Below are positions 1 to 10,400 of a DNA stretch of 64,000 nucleotides, piece by piece; position 1 is the stretch's first letter; every line of letters starts with the position of its first letter. The notes beneath the pieces were generated by a model. It searched no databases, was not told the DNA's origin, and was given only the letters and a program-made list of their open reading frames with translations. The translations under genes were made by a program, and so were the position numbers. This DNA is from a candidate division WWE3 bacterium UBA1379 (lineage in GTDB: Bacteria; Patescibacteriota; WWE3; UBA101185; UBA10185). The stretch is taken from the NCBI GenBank assembly GCA_002305475.1, contig DBRB01000015.1:72987-136986 (forward strand). Reading direction: 5' to 3'.

Positions 1-1
1 T

Positions 2-391
2 CAGATTCTTGTACGTATTCTGTTCAGATTAAAAGTGCATGATACGCAGACCGGCCTAAAAGTTTACAGGCGGAAAGTGTTGGAAAAAGTATTACCCAGA
101 CTAATTATCAACGGGTTTGCCTTTGATATTGAACTATTAGCAGTAGCTCATCACCTGGGATTTATAAAGATTATGGAAGCACCGGTGGATATCGCCTTGA
201 AATTCAGCACTGATTCGAAATTTAAAAAGAGTAGACCTCTTTTTTTTGATTACAATATTCGGAAAATGCTGATTGATACTTTCGAAGTTTTTTATCGGAT
301 CAACATACTAAAATTTTACGATGATGGTAATAAAAGAAAGTGGGTAGATGATAAAGACCTCGAAATGAGAATTATTGCAGGGGAAAGCTGA
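2..391 (+). CDS. GT2 glycosyltransferase (polyprenol-phosphate type), 5'-truncated by window edge
   Basis: Frame open from position 2; DTQTGLK and GFAFDIELL motifs typical of DPM/DPG-synthase-like GT2 C-termini. Confidence 0.8.
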   Translation, partial: QILVRILFRLKVHDTQTGLKVYRRKVLEKVLPRLIINGFAFDIELLAVAHHLGFIKIMEAPVDIALKFSTDSKFKKSRPLFFDYNIRKMLIDTFEVFYRINILKFYDDGNKRKWVDDKDLEMRIIAGES

Positions 392-494
392 TGAAAATTA
401 ATAAAATAATCCCTGTTCTTTGGTAAGTTTATCCATCTTCAGTTATAATTTATTTACTTCCGTTTCATTATGAAGCCATTAATTATCACATCCC

Positions 495-2570
495 ATGAAT
501 AAACATACCCCAAAACTAGATTTGAAGATACTTGATATTATTCTATTACTAATCTGTTATATCAGTATTTTCTCAATCGTTCTGTTAGTAATCGGGGTAT
601 TTAAGCCGTTATATGTCCTCATACTTTCGTTTATATTGTTATTTTCCACTTTGAAGGTATTCAATATACACATTATTATCCATGACGATCGTTTAGGTTG
701 GAAAATAGCCTTTATTTTAATAATCGCATTAGTACTTAGATTAAAACCGTATCTGTATGTAATGGGCGGTCAGGACCAGGGGACTTATGTAAATATGTCA
801 CGCCAGTTTGAATTGCAGGGGAGTTTATATACTACAGATCATTTTCGTAATACATTAACTGATGAACAAAAAGAAATGTATGATGTACATGGAAAATATT
901 TAATGCCGGAATTCCAGGAATGGGATCATCAAAAATCCGCACAGATTATGAAACTTTATCCCATGCATCCAGCCTGGATGGCAATATTCTCATTCCTGTT
1001 GGGAGCAGATAACCGGGTTTATTCATTAACATTCTTTTCTCTTTTATCCATTTTAGGATTTTTTTTAGTTGCTCTGGCTATTACCCGTAAAAAAGGTGTT
1101 GCTGTTTTAGTAGCCATGTTTTTGACTATTAGTCCTATCCATGTGTTTTTTGCTAAATTCCCTGTGACGGAAACTGTTGCCTTGGCATTTACATCATTTG
1201 GTATTTACTATCTTATTTCATATATTCGAGGTACAGACACGGAGGTACAGGCACCCTGGAAGTTAATACTTTCAGTACTATTGTTCAATGCATTTTTCTA
1301 TACCCGACTTAGTTCTTTTATGTATATTCCCTTATTTTTAGGTACCGGTTTTCTGTTTTCCATAGTAATAAAAGATACAGTTGTAAAACGAAATCTCAAG
1401 TACTATGTGGCGTCAGTATTAATACTCGTTCTTATATCATACATTGTCCATTTCAAGTTTTTATACCCGCTGTTTTATGAAATTTACTTGGGTTATTTAA
1501 AACAATTTTTAGGAGAGTATTCTACCCGAAAAATTATCGGTGTTTTCGGATTGCTGATAATTTTAAGTTTCTTGTTTGACATTGTTGCGAAAAAGAAGGT
1601 TGTTCAGAAAATGGTGGCAACTTTACATAAATATTTATGGGTGTTTTATCTCTGCTTTTTGATAGTATTAGCATTTACTACCTATAGGCAATATAATATG
1701 TTGGTTTACTCCGATGATTATGTACTTTCTAATCTTTTTTATAGATGGGAAGTTGCCGGGCAAGGATTGGATTCACTCAGACATATTACCTTATACGGTA
1801 TAATCACACATTTATCACCGTTTGGTTTTATTCTGTTAATCATTGCTTCATTTTATGAATTATTTAAAAAGAAAAAGGATATTTACATAAATTCATTTAT
1901 TGTTTATGTATGGTACTTTATAGCCTTAAATTCCTATTTTACCTTTATTTTCATCTATAACTATTATAGTTCACGATATTTTTTGAGCGAAATAGTTCCT
2001 TTTGCATATCTGATTATTGCAGTATTTTTAACAAAAATTTGGGGAAAACATAAGATTGTTACGACTCTGCTTGCCTGCGGAATTCTTCTTTATAATATGT
2101 ATTTCCTACCTCTTCCGGTATTAGAAAATGAAATGCCTAATTTGGATTTTTATGAAAAAATTCAGGAGAAAGTGAAAAGTGATTCCTTACTCCTGGTGAA
2201 TAAAAACTTCCGTTTTGGTAATGCAGCAGTTTCCCCTCTTAAGTATTATTACGATTATGACGTTTTCCCCTTTTATTACAATGAAGATATTAATACAAAG
2301 GAAATTGAGGAACTATCAAAAAAGTATAATCATGTATATTTACTGACGGCAACAGATGATAAGATGTATGCTTATACTCCAAATAAAGATACATTAAGAT
2401 TCAGATACGATTATTTTAATACACCAGGTGGTTGCACACAGCATTCATATTCATACCTTCCTATAGAAAAATCTGTAAAACTCCCGTTTTCTGATTATAT
2501 CGGTTGCTGGTTCCTCCCCAGTGTGAAATATACTGGGTATTCAGACCTGTATTTATATACGCTGAAATAG
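495..2570 (+). CDS. Polytopic membrane protein, GT-C (ArnT/PMT-like) glycosyltransferase
   Basis: Many TM helices; GGQDQGTY acidic loop after early TMs, P..E motif (FPVTE), RYF motif, soluble C-terminal domain. Confidence 0.65.
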   Translation: MNKHTPKLDLKILDIILLLICYISIFSIVLLVIGVFKPLYVLILSFILLFSTLKVFNIHIIIHDDRLGWKIAFILIIALVLRLKPYLYVMGGQDQGTYVNMSRQFELQGSLYTTDHFRNTLTDEQKEMYDVHGKYLMPEFQEWDHQKSAQIMKLYPMHPAWMAIFSFLLGADNRVYSLTFFSLLSILGFFLVALAITRKKGVAVLVAMFLTISPIHVFFAKFPVTETVALAFTSFGIYYLISYIRGTDTEVQAPWKLILSVLLFNAFFYTRLSSFMYIPLFLGTGFLFSIVIKDTVVKRNLKYYVASVLILVLISYIVHFKFLYPLFYEIYLGYLKQFLGEYSTRKIIGVFGLLIILSFLFDIVAKKKVVQKMVATLHKYLWVFYLCFLIVLAFTTYRQYNMLVYSDDYVLSNLFYRWEVAGQGLDSLRHITLYGIITHLSPFGFILLIIASFYELFKKKKDIYINSFIVYVWYFIALNSYFTFIFIYNYYSSRYFLSEIVPFAYLIIAVFLTKIWGKHKIVTTLLACGILLYNMYFLPLPVLENEMPNLDFYEKIQEKVKSDSLLLVNKNFRFGNAAVSPLKYYYDYDVFPFYYNEDINTKEIEELSKKYNHVYLLTATDDKMYAYTPNKDTLRFRYDYFNTPGGCTQHSYSYLPIEKSVKLPFSDYIGCWFLPSVKYTGYSDLYLYTLK

Positions 2571-2603
2571 ACTTCTATTTATATTTGAGCTAATATTTGT
2601 TCT

Positions 2604-2843
2604 ATGAATAACGAAGATAAGCTTAAAGAAATATTTTCCTCATCTCTTGGTATTAAATTGGATGATATTAAAGAAAACCTGAAATATCATTCCATTCCTC
2701 AATGGGATTCTATTGCACATATGACTTTAGTAGCAGCTATTGATGACGCATTCGGTACTATGTTAGATACTGATGATGTTATTAACCTAAGTTCATTTGA
2801 TAAAGCTAAGGAGATTCTAAAAAAGTATGGAGTCGACTTTTAA
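2604..2843 (+). CDS. Acyl carrier protein
   Basis: 79 aa acidic protein with WDSIAHM phosphopantetheine-attachment motif. Confidence 0.85.
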   Translation: MNNEDKLKEIFSSSLGIKLDDIKENLKYHSIPQWDSIAHMTLVAAIDDAFGTMLDTDDVINLSSFDKAKEILKKYGVDF

Positions 2844-3585
2844 CCTATTAAAGGGAAAAACTGCCATTATTACTGGTTGTGCCAGCGGTATTGGATTAAG
2901 TACTATGGAATTATTTGCAACATGCGGTGCTGATGTTATGTCAATCGGTATTACAAAGGGAAGTCTTGATGAAGTATCGGCACGACTATCAAAAGAACAT
3001 TCAGTTTCGGTAATTCCCTACTACTTTGATATTTCTTCATATGACTCAGTAAAAAATTTCTATAGTATGTTAGTTAAGGAAAACAGGAAAGTAGATATTC
3101 TGATAAACAATGCAGGAATTTTAAGGGATGCTCTTATTCCTATGATTACTGAAGAGATACTGAAAAAGACTTATGAAGTTAACGTATTCGGATCCATTTT
3201 CATGATGCAGTATGCATCCAGAATGATGATGAGACAAAAGTCGGGAAGTATAGTAAATATTTCTTCCATTATCGGAACTCATGGAAACGAAGGGCAGGTA
3301 GTTTATGCAGGTAGTAAAGCGGCTTTAATCGGTGTGACAAAATCAGCTTCCAAAGAATTGGCAGGATATAATATCCGGGTAAATGCCATTGCTCCGGGAT
3401 TTATTGATACAAAAATGTCCCGTTCTATCCCTGAGGAGAAGTTTAATGAACGTCTCACCCAGATAAAAATGGGTCGGATCGGATCACCGGTAGATGTTGC
3501 TCAATGTGCATTATTCCTTTCCTCTGATCTATCATCTTATATCACCGGTGAAGTAATCGGGGTGGACGGTGAAATGATTATATGA
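2827..3585 (+). CDS. FabG-like SDR oxidoreductase (3-oxoacyl-ACP reductase family)
   Basis: TGCASGIG, NNAG, YAGSK catalytic motif, VNAIAPG, GEVIGVDG. Confidence 0.9.
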   Translation: MESTFNLLKGKTAIITGCASGIGLSTMELFATCGADVMSIGITKGSLDEVSARLSKEHSVSVIPYYFDISSYDSVKNFYSMLVKENRKVDILINNAGILRDALIPMITEEILKKTYEVNVFGSIFMMQYASRMMMRQKSGSIVNISSIIGTHGNEGQVVYAGSKAALIGVTKSASKELAGYNIRVNAIAPGFIDTKMSRSIPEEKFNERLTQIKMGRIGSPVDVAQCALFLSSDLSSYITGEVIGVDGEMII

Positions 3586-4964
3586 GTTTCTTTCATACTT
3601 TAGATAAATTCAGTAATAATACTGCTCTTGTTGATTCTTTTGGAAATCAGTATTTATACAAGGATTTAATAGAGCTTTCTGATTCTTTTGCATCTAATCT
3701 TAAAAGCGGAAAAAAGAATCTGGTATTAATTCTTTGCAGAAATAATATTGAAACCATAAAGGCATATTTAGGTACAATTCGTTCAGGAAATACGGCATGG
3801 CTCTTAACTGTGGATATTGATCCAACACTAAAGGAAAATCTAATAAACTGCTACCGGCCTGATTATATCTGGCAGCCGGGTCCGGATAACAATGATTATG
3901 TATTGACGGAATATAATATAGAGAGAGATTTTGAGATATATAAGGACTTAAGTCTGTTATTAACTACTTCTGGTAGTACGGGTAGTCCTAAGCTGGTTCG
4001 GCTGACGCAGAAGAATCTGAATAGCAATGCACAAGCTATTGCGCAATATCTACAGCTTGATTCGTCGGAAAAACCTATTACTACTCTGCCACATCATTAT
4101 ACGTATGGCCTTTCTGTTCTAAACAGTCATTTAACAGTTGGAGCTCAGGTACTTCTTACTGAGGATTCTATAGTAACCTCGGAATTTTGGGATTTTTTTA
4201 AACGGGAAGGAGCTACTTCGTTTGCCGGTGTCCCTTATACTTATGAAACTTTAAAGAAGCTAAATTTTTTTAATATGGATCTTCCCAGTTTGAGATACTT
4301 CACACAGGCAGGAGGTAAGCTTCATCCTGATCTGGTAAAAGAGTATGCTGAGTTTTCACACAAAAAAGGAATAAAATTTTACGTTATGTATGGTCAGACA
4401 GAAGCAACCGCCCGGATCTCCTATCTGCCACCCGAGCATAACATTGAAAAGTATGCCAGTATGGGGATAGCTATCCCTGGTGGAACCCTAAGTGTACTTG
4501 ATGATGAGGGGAAAGATATTAAAGAACCGTTTGTAGATGGGGAACTTTGTTATGAAGGAGAGAATGTCATGCTTGGTTATGCAACTGAAGAAAAAGAGTT
4601 GGCGGAAGGGGATAAAATGCAGGGAAGATTGTTAACCGGAGATATTGCTCATTATGATGAGGATGGGTATTTCTATATCACAGGCAGAAAGAAGAGATTT
4701 CTAAAAATATATGGACAGAGGACAAATTTGGATGAGCTGGAAGGATCGTTAAAAAGATTAGGGATTGAGTGTGCCTGCGGTGGAAAGGATGACCTTTTAA
4801 TGATTGCCTGTATTGATTCTTCTCGCAACGAGGAAATAAAGGATCTATTAGTGGAAAAATATCATTTTTTTCATAAATCTTTTAAAATCGTCAATGTAGA
4901 TAAAATTGAGAGAAATGAGTCGGGAAAAGTACAATATGAGTCAGTATTTAAAAACTATCTTTGA
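3582..4964 (+). CDS. AMP-binding acyl-CoA/acyl-ACP ligase
   Basis: TTSGSTGSPK, YGQTE, TGD and GRKKR adenylation motifs. Confidence 0.9.
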   Translation: MSFFHTLDKFSNNTALVDSFGNQYLYKDLIELSDSFASNLKSGKKNLVLILCRNNIETIKAYLGTIRSGNTAWLLTVDIDPTLKENLINCYRPDYIWQPGPDNNDYVLTEYNIERDFEIYKDLSLLLTTSGSTGSPKLVRLTQKNLNSNAQAIAQYLQLDSSEKPITTLPHHYTYGLSVLNSHLTVGAQVLLTEDSIVTSEFWDFFKREGATSFAGVPYTYETLKKLNFFNMDLPSLRYFTQAGGKLHPDLVKEYAEFSHKKGIKFYVMYGQTEATARISYLPPEHNIEKYASMGIAIPGGTLSVLDDEGKDIKEPFVDGELCYEGENVMLGYATEEKELAEGDKMQGRLLTGDIAHYDEDGYFYITGRKKRFLKIYGQRTNLDELEGSLKRLGIECACGGKDDLLMIACIDSSRNEEIKDLLVEKYHFFHKSFKIVNVDKIERNESGKVQYESVFKNYL

Positions 4965-6057
4965 TAAAAAACCCTATGAAATCGCAACCAACGAAAAAGA
5001 TGACCTATTACTTAGGGAGATGAATGAACTTCATGAGTTTCATTCAAAAAACTGCAAAGAATACAAAAGCATTTGCCGTGCTTTAGGTATTAGTGAGGGC
5101 GAGTTTAATAGCCTTAAGGAATTTCCCATGTTACCCGTATCCATTTTTAAAGAACTTGATATAAAAAGTATTAAAGATGAAGATGTGGTGAGAATTCTTT
5201 ACTCTTCGGGAACTACTTCTATGAAGAAATCAAAAATATATCTTGATGCTATGACTTCTGCCAATCAGACCAAAGCACTAACAACCATAGTGAATGACTT
5301 TATCGGAAAGAACAGAATACCCATGATTATAGTGGATTCCAGATCCACCATTACAAACAAAAACAATTTTTCAGCCAGAGCGGCTGGTATAGTAGGTATG
5401 CTTACCTTCGGTAAAGATTACTTTTACTTATTAAAGGATGACGATACTTTGGATATTACAGGACTGGAGGTGTTTTTAGATAAATACGGCAGTCAACCAA
5501 TTATTATCTTCGGATTTACTTTTATGGTTTGGAAGTATCTTTATCAGGAACTGATAAAAACGAAAAATAGCCAGGTTAAAATAAATTTAAAGGATAAATT
5601 AAATAATGCTGTTTTAATACATAGCGGGGGCTGGAAAAAACTACTGAATGAAAAAGTTGATAACATAACTTTCAAGAATATATTAAAAGAAGAATTAGGG
5701 ATCAAAAAAGTTCATAACTTCTATGGAATGGTAGAGCAGGTAGGTTCTGTATTTATGGAATGTGAAGAAGGTTATTTTCATACCTCGAATTTTTCAGAAG
5801 TTCTCATTCGAAATCACCTTGATTGGTCTGTAGAGGAAAATGGTAAAGAGGGAATTATTGAAGTAATTTCCGTTCTTCCGCAAAGTTATCCAGGAAATGT
5901 TTTATTAACAGAAGACATTGGGGTAATTCATGGAGTGGATGATTGTAAGTGTAAAAGAATGGGTAAGTACTTTACGGTTAAAGGCAGAGTCGAAAAAGCG
6001 GAAGTAAGAGGATGCAGTGATACATATGAACTGAAGGAGGTTCAGAACTATGTTTGA
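4936..6057 (+). CDS. LuxE-family acyl-protein synthetase
   Basis: SSGTT, HSGGWK, FYGMVE, SYPG..LLTED, C-terminal RGCS; start moved to ATG 4936 (track start 4906). Confidence 0.85.
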   Translation: MSQYLKTIFDKKPYEIATNEKDDLLLREMNELHEFHSKNCKEYKSICRALGISEGEFNSLKEFPMLPVSIFKELDIKSIKDEDVVRILYSSGTTSMKKSKIYLDAMTSANQTKALTTIVNDFIGKNRIPMIIVDSRSTITNKNNFSARAAGIVGMLTFGKDYFYLLKDDDTLDITGLEVFLDKYGSQPIIIFGFTFMVWKYLYQELIKTKNSQVKINLKDKLNNAVLIHSGGWKKLLNEKVDNITFKNILKEELGIKKVHNFYGMVEQVGSVFMECEEGYFHTSNFSEVLIRNHLDWSVEENGKEGIIEVISVLPQSYPGNVLLTEDIGVIHGVDDCKCKRMGKYFTVKGRVEKAEVRGCSDTYELKEVQNYV

Positions 6058-7261
6058 TATTTTATGCCCGAAAAATGGAACATATGAAGATGTCTTAAAA
6101 TCAGAAAATTTTCTTCCGTACGGTTCCGCTGTGGTGGATTTTTTTCAGCAACTTTCTAAAAATATTCTTCAGAATAGTAATTATAAGAAATATCCGGAGA
6201 TTATTGCCTTAGGTTTCTGGTTACGAAAAGCCAATCTTATTAAGATGCAAAAGGACGTGTTTGAAAAAGAAACCACAAAGGACAATATAAAATTAGCAAG
6301 AGGTCTGGTCTTTCATATTGCACCGTCGAATGTAGACACTGTTTTTGCTTACTCTCTTTTTGTATCACTTCTGATGGGAAATAGAAATATCGTAAGGGTA
6401 TCAAGTCAAAGTTCTTTGGTTTTGGATTTACTTATAACTGAACTTAATGACATTCTATCATTAAAGGAATTCAAATCCCTAAGAAATAATTTGTTGATTG
6501 TCAGGTATGAACATAATGATGATACAACCACGGAATTTTCTTTGAGGTGTGATGTTAGGGTGATCTGGGGAGGGGACCAGACGGTAAATAAAATTAGATC
6601 TCTACCTTTGAATACTTCGGCACATGAGATTGTTTTTCCTGATCGGTTTTCTTACTGTGCAGTAAAGTCGAAAGAGTTTCTGAGTTTAAATCATCCTTTT
6701 GAACTAACGGATAAATTTTATAAGGATGTTTATACCTTTGATCAGAATGCATGTTCATCACCTAGGATGATATTCTGGATAGGTAGTTCTGAGGATAACC
6801 AAAAAGCTCAGGAAAAATTCTGGAGTTGTTTTAATGAAGTTGTAGAAAGTTACAGCGGGATACTGGAGCAGGATCATTCCTTACGAAAGCTAAATTCCAC
6901 AATTATTACGGCTGTAACAACAGAGGGAAAAGTTAAGATTATAAACGGATCCACTAACCGTATTACAAGAGTTCAATTTGATTCATTAAAGGATGTTCGA
7001 AGAGATGACCACTGTGGACTGGGATTATTTTATGAGGTGTGTATCAAAGATTTAAATGAACTTTCTTCTTTTTTCAGTTCAAAAGATCAAACCTTGAGTG
7101 TTTACGGGTTTTCAAATCAGGAGATATCTGATTGTCTTAATAAAGGTTGTAGGAGTATTTCCAGAGTAGTACCAATCGGAAAAGCTTTAGAATTTGATGT
7201 GGTATGGGACGGATATAATTTATTTGATGAGCTGACTAGAGAAGTCAGTATTGTTTCTTAA
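6050..7261 (+). CDS. LuxC-family acyl-CoA reductase
   Basis: GLVFHIAPSNV, WGGD.TV, FDQNACSSP catalytic Cys motif, WDG. Confidence 0.85.
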   Translation: MFDILCPKNGTYEDVLKSENFLPYGSAVVDFFQQLSKNILQNSNYKKYPEIIALGFWLRKANLIKMQKDVFEKETTKDNIKLARGLVFHIAPSNVDTVFAYSLFVSLLMGNRNIVRVSSQSSLVLDLLITELNDILSLKEFKSLRNNLLIVRYEHNDDTTTEFSLRCDVRVIWGGDQTVNKIRSLPLNTSAHEIVFPDRFSYCAVKSKEFLSLNHPFELTDKFYKDVYTFDQNACSSPRMIFWIGSSEDNQKAQEKFWSCFNEVVESYSGILEQDHSLRKLNSTIITAVTTEGKVKIINGSTNRITRVQFDSLKDVRRDDHCGLGLFYEVCIKDLNELSSFFSSKDQTLSVYGFSNQEISDCLNKGCRSISRVVPIGKALEFDVVWDGYNLFDELTREVSIVS

Positions 7262-7262
7262 T

Positions 7263-7634
7263 ATGTGTATTCAGGGAGTAGGTATTGATATCGCAGAGAT
7301 AGAAAGATTCAAGGATAAAAGTGATTCTTTTTTCCGTAAAGTATTTACCGATAACGAAATAGAATACTGTCTGCAGAAAGGAGAACCAGCTCAGCACTTT
7401 TCTTCAAGATTTTCCGCAAAGGAAGCTGTTATTAAAGCTTTAGGATTAATGGGAATCTTTGATATTACCTATAAAGATATTGAGATTATTAATAGTGAAA
7501 ATAAGGTTCCAAGTTGCAGGATATATAAAAACGGTAAGATTACAGATGAATTTAATGTTAAAATCTCTATGTCTCATGCTCGGGGTTATGCAGCTGCAGT
7601 GGCCCTGATCAGTGAAAATTGCAAACAAGAATGA
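7263..7634 (+). CDS. acpS: Holo-ACP synthase (phosphopantetheinyl transferase)
   Basis: GVGIDI, RFSAKEAVIKAL, ISMSH; probable start ATG 7263. Confidence 0.9.
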   Translation: MCIQGVGIDIAEIERFKDKSDSFFRKVFTDNEIEYCLQKGEPAQHFSSRFSAKEAVIKALGLMGIFDITYKDIEIINSENKVPSCRIYKNGKITDEFNVKISMSHARGYAAAVALISENCKQE

Positions 7635-7642
7635 TATAATAT

Positions 7643-8653
7643 ATGGCAGTCCCAATATTAAAATTAGCAACAATAGGCATTCTTCCTTCTCCAATAAAAA
7701 AGATGTACTACAAATCAAGAGGGGCAAAAATCGGTAAGAACGTTAATTTAGGTATTTTGTCAGTTATTGACTGTAAAAACCTAGAAATTGATGACGGAGT
7801 GAAAATGGGAATGATGACTTTTATCTGTGCCAAAAATGTGAAGCTTGGAAAACGGGCTCAGATAAAGATGATGTCGGCTGTGGATACCGGGGATCTGGAG
7901 ATGGCTGAAGATTCCATAATAATGGAGCAGGTTACTATCGGAGGAATGCTAACTCCCAGATCAAAACTCTATATGGGAAAAAGAGTCAGAATCTTTCCTT
8001 TCAGTTTTATTAATACTACTGAACCGGTAATTATTGAAGATGATTCAGGCGTAGGTGGGGGTAGTTATATCTTCACTCACGGTTCCTGGTTGTCTGTATT
8101 AGAAGGTTATCCGGCAACTTTCGGTCCGGTAAAAATTGAGAAAAATGTCTGGCTTCCCTGGAGAGTATTTATTATGCCCAATGTAACAATAGGTGAAGGT
8201 TCCGTAATCGGAGCAGGATCTGTAGTGACTGCGGACATACCTGAAAAATCCTTAGCATCCGGTTCTCCTGCTAAAGTTATTTTGGATAAGGGGAAATTTT
8301 TAAGAGTTCCAAACGAGGAGAAGAAGTTTGAGATAGTAAAAAAAATCATTAAAGAATTTACTGAATTTCAGGATTATCAAGGAATAGATAGTTTTTATCA
8401 GGAAGAAGGGGATAAGGTAACCTTTGGAATTAAATACAAAGATAGAGATTATCAAGGATTGTTGATTAAAGAAGTTACAGAAGATGTTGGTAGTTGCAAC
8501 GTCTTGATATCCATGCACTCTATTTCTGAACCGCCAACAGCATATTGGTTTGATCTTGAAAACAAGAAAGCAAAGCTTCCTTCAAATTATTTTTCCAAGG
8601 AAATAAATTCATTTTTTAGTCACTACGGAATAAGATTTGATTTTATTGACTAA
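7643..8653 (+). CDS. Hexapeptide-repeat (left-handed beta-helix) acyltransferase with C-terminal extension
   Basis: Repeated IG/LG hexapeptides; VTIGEGSVIGAGSVVT..IP...LASGSPAK. Confidence 0.8.
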   Translation: MAVPILKLATIGILPSPIKKMYYKSRGAKIGKNVNLGILSVIDCKNLEIDDGVKMGMMTFICAKNVKLGKRAQIKMMSAVDTGDLEMAEDSIIMEQVTIGGMLTPRSKLYMGKRVRIFPFSFINTTEPVIIEDDSGVGGGSYIFTHGSWLSVLEGYPATFGPVKIEKNVWLPWRVFIMPNVTIGEGSVIGAGSVVTADIPEKSLASGSPAKVILDKGKFLRVPNEEKKFEIVKKIIKEFTEFQDYQGIDSFYQEEGDKVTFGIKYKDRDYQGLLIKEVTEDVGSCNVLISMHSISEPPTAYWFDLENKKAKLPSNYFSKEINSFFSHYGIRFDFID

Positions 8654-8667
8654 AAAGTATCTTTATA

Positions 8668-9759
8668 TTACTTTTGAAGTCTTTCGTTATCCATCATATC
8701 CATCCACATAGCAAACAGAAGGGATTGAAATCCTGTGATGGTAAGAAACATAAAAGCCATAGTACTCTTGTCTGATAAGTATGCACCGATCAGAAAAGAT
8801 TCTATGACTCTCACAAAGAATATTGTATCGATAAGAAGTAGAATAAAACCTAAATGATATAAGAGAAATAACGGGTGAAAGTCGCGGATGAAATATTTTG
8901 TATAAAGACGTTTCCAAAACAGTTTAAACAGTAGCCAGGAAATTTTATGAATCACTTTGGCAATTTTCATTTTGGAATGTTCGCCTACATTATAAACAGG
9001 TTTGCTTGGGATTTCTTTGATTGTGCAATTGGCAATATTTAACTTAACTAAAATATCATTTGGGCATCCGTAGTAAGGATAGATATCAAATATCTTCATT
9101 AATTTTAAACATTTCAGATTTACTGCCGTATAGCTAGTCTGAGTATCGGATACTCTCCAGTAACCGCTGGCAATTTTTGTTAATAAAGATAAAACAGAAT
9201 TTCCGAATAACCTGACTGGCGGAATAACTACACTGGCTGCCGGATGGGTTAATCTGTTAATTTTGGTGGAATCAACCTCTCCGTTTATTACCGGCATACA
9301 CACATCTTCAAGTTCGGAAGGGTCCATTTGTCCATCTCCATCCATGATTGCAGTACAGTCAATATTATGATCACGACACCATTTGTATCCTGAAGCATAC
9401 GCTCTTCCCACATAACCATTGCTTAAGTGTTTAATTAGAACAACTCTGGAAGTAGGGCTTGATATGATTTCACTGGGTACATATTTGCAGTTTTCTTTTT
9501 CTTCTAACTCCTGGGCAATAATATCTGCATGATTGTATTTTGTCTGAGTAATTTTTTCCTTGCTGTCTTTTAAAGGGGTTACTTCCCTATGTTCTTTTTT
9601 AATGAAATCTTCAACTATTTGTGCTGTTTTATCCGTGGAGTAATCATCGATGATAACAATCCTGTCTACAAAATCAGGCATGGTTTCGATAACAAAGCCT
9701 ATTTGAGTTTCTTCATTATGACATGGAGCAACTACAGCAACAGTTTTCCCTTTAAGCAT
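8668..9759 (-). CDS. GT2 glycosyltransferase with two C-terminal TM helices
   Basis: VVAPCHNEE, IDDYSTD, MDGDGQ, DTQ motifs; about 45-aa insertion in the catalytic domain. Confidence 0.85.
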   Translation of the reverse strand: MLKGKTVAVVAPCHNEETQIGFVIETMPDFVDRIVIIDDYSTDKTAQIVEDFIKKEHREVTPLKDSKEKITQTKYNHADIIAQELEEKENCKYVPSEIISSPTSRVVLIKHLSNGYVGRAYASGYKWCRDHNIDCTAIMDGDGQMDPSELEDVCMPVINGEVDSTKINRLTHPAASVVIPPVRLFGNSVLSLLTKIASGYWRVSDTQTSYTAVNLKCLKLMKIFDIYPYYGCPNDILVKLNIANCTIKEIPSKPVYNVGEHSKMKIAKVIHKISWLLFKLFWKRLYTKYFIRDFHPLFLLYHLGFILLLIDTIFFVRVIESFLIGAYLSDKSTMAFMFLTITGFQSLLFAMWMDMMDNERLQK

Positions 9760-9824
9760 TAGACAAATATAATATGGAGAAGACTACGTAGTCAAATATT
9801 TGCATCCTGTGTTTGTAAGAATTA

Positions 9825-10400
9825 TTATTGAATCTTTTCGCAAATTACTAACATTGATTGTTGCCATGCCAAGAGTTTTTGAATGATATTATAGTTTGGT
9901 TTATTGCCGGGATAGTATATTAATTTGGTTATTCTGAATCCTGAAACAGTTAGTATCCGTTCTAATGTAAATTTATCATGCCATAAAGTATGTGTAGGAT
10001 TGGGTTTCAAAAAAACAGTCGGCCATTTTGCATTAGGGGTGGTTAACACAAAGATTCCTTTATCGGATAAATGATTGTGAATATTTCTTAAAAACAATTC
10101 CTGGTTTGCCACATGTTCGATTACATCTCCCGCTATGATGACGTCAAATGTTTGATTAAATTTATATGTTTCCATATTGCCCCAGTGTATTCTTTCATCA
10201 TCGGGTAAGTTTTCTGTTTCCAATTTAAAGGTCCTTGTTGTTGAGTCAACTATGTTTGGAAGATCAATTCCGGTTAAAGACTTGCAATTAGTTTTTGACA
10301 GTTGGTTCCATAGACTATATGCTTCTGTCTGGCCGATGCTTCCGATATCCAGGACATCCTTGTTTTCAACTAGTTTTTCGATAATGTGTTCTCTAATCAT
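9825..10400 (-). CDS. Class I SAM-dependent methyltransferase
   Basis: VLDIG, FDVIIAGDVIEHV, LTTPN. Confidence 0.85.
   Translation of the reverse strand: MIREHIIEKLVENKDVLDIGSIGQTEAYSLWNQLSKTNCKSLTGIDLPNIVDSTTRTFKLETENLPDDERIHWGNMETYKFNQTFDVIIAGDVIEHVANQELFLRNIHNHLSDKGIFVLTTPNAKWPTVFLKPNPTHTLWHDKFTLERILTVSGFRITKLIYYPGNKPNYNIIQKLLAWQQSMLVICEKIQ

Noticed and set aside
4936-7261. Bioluminescence (lux) operon
   Set aside because: Only LuxE/LuxC-like genes; no luxA/B/D/G; context is glycan biosynthesis
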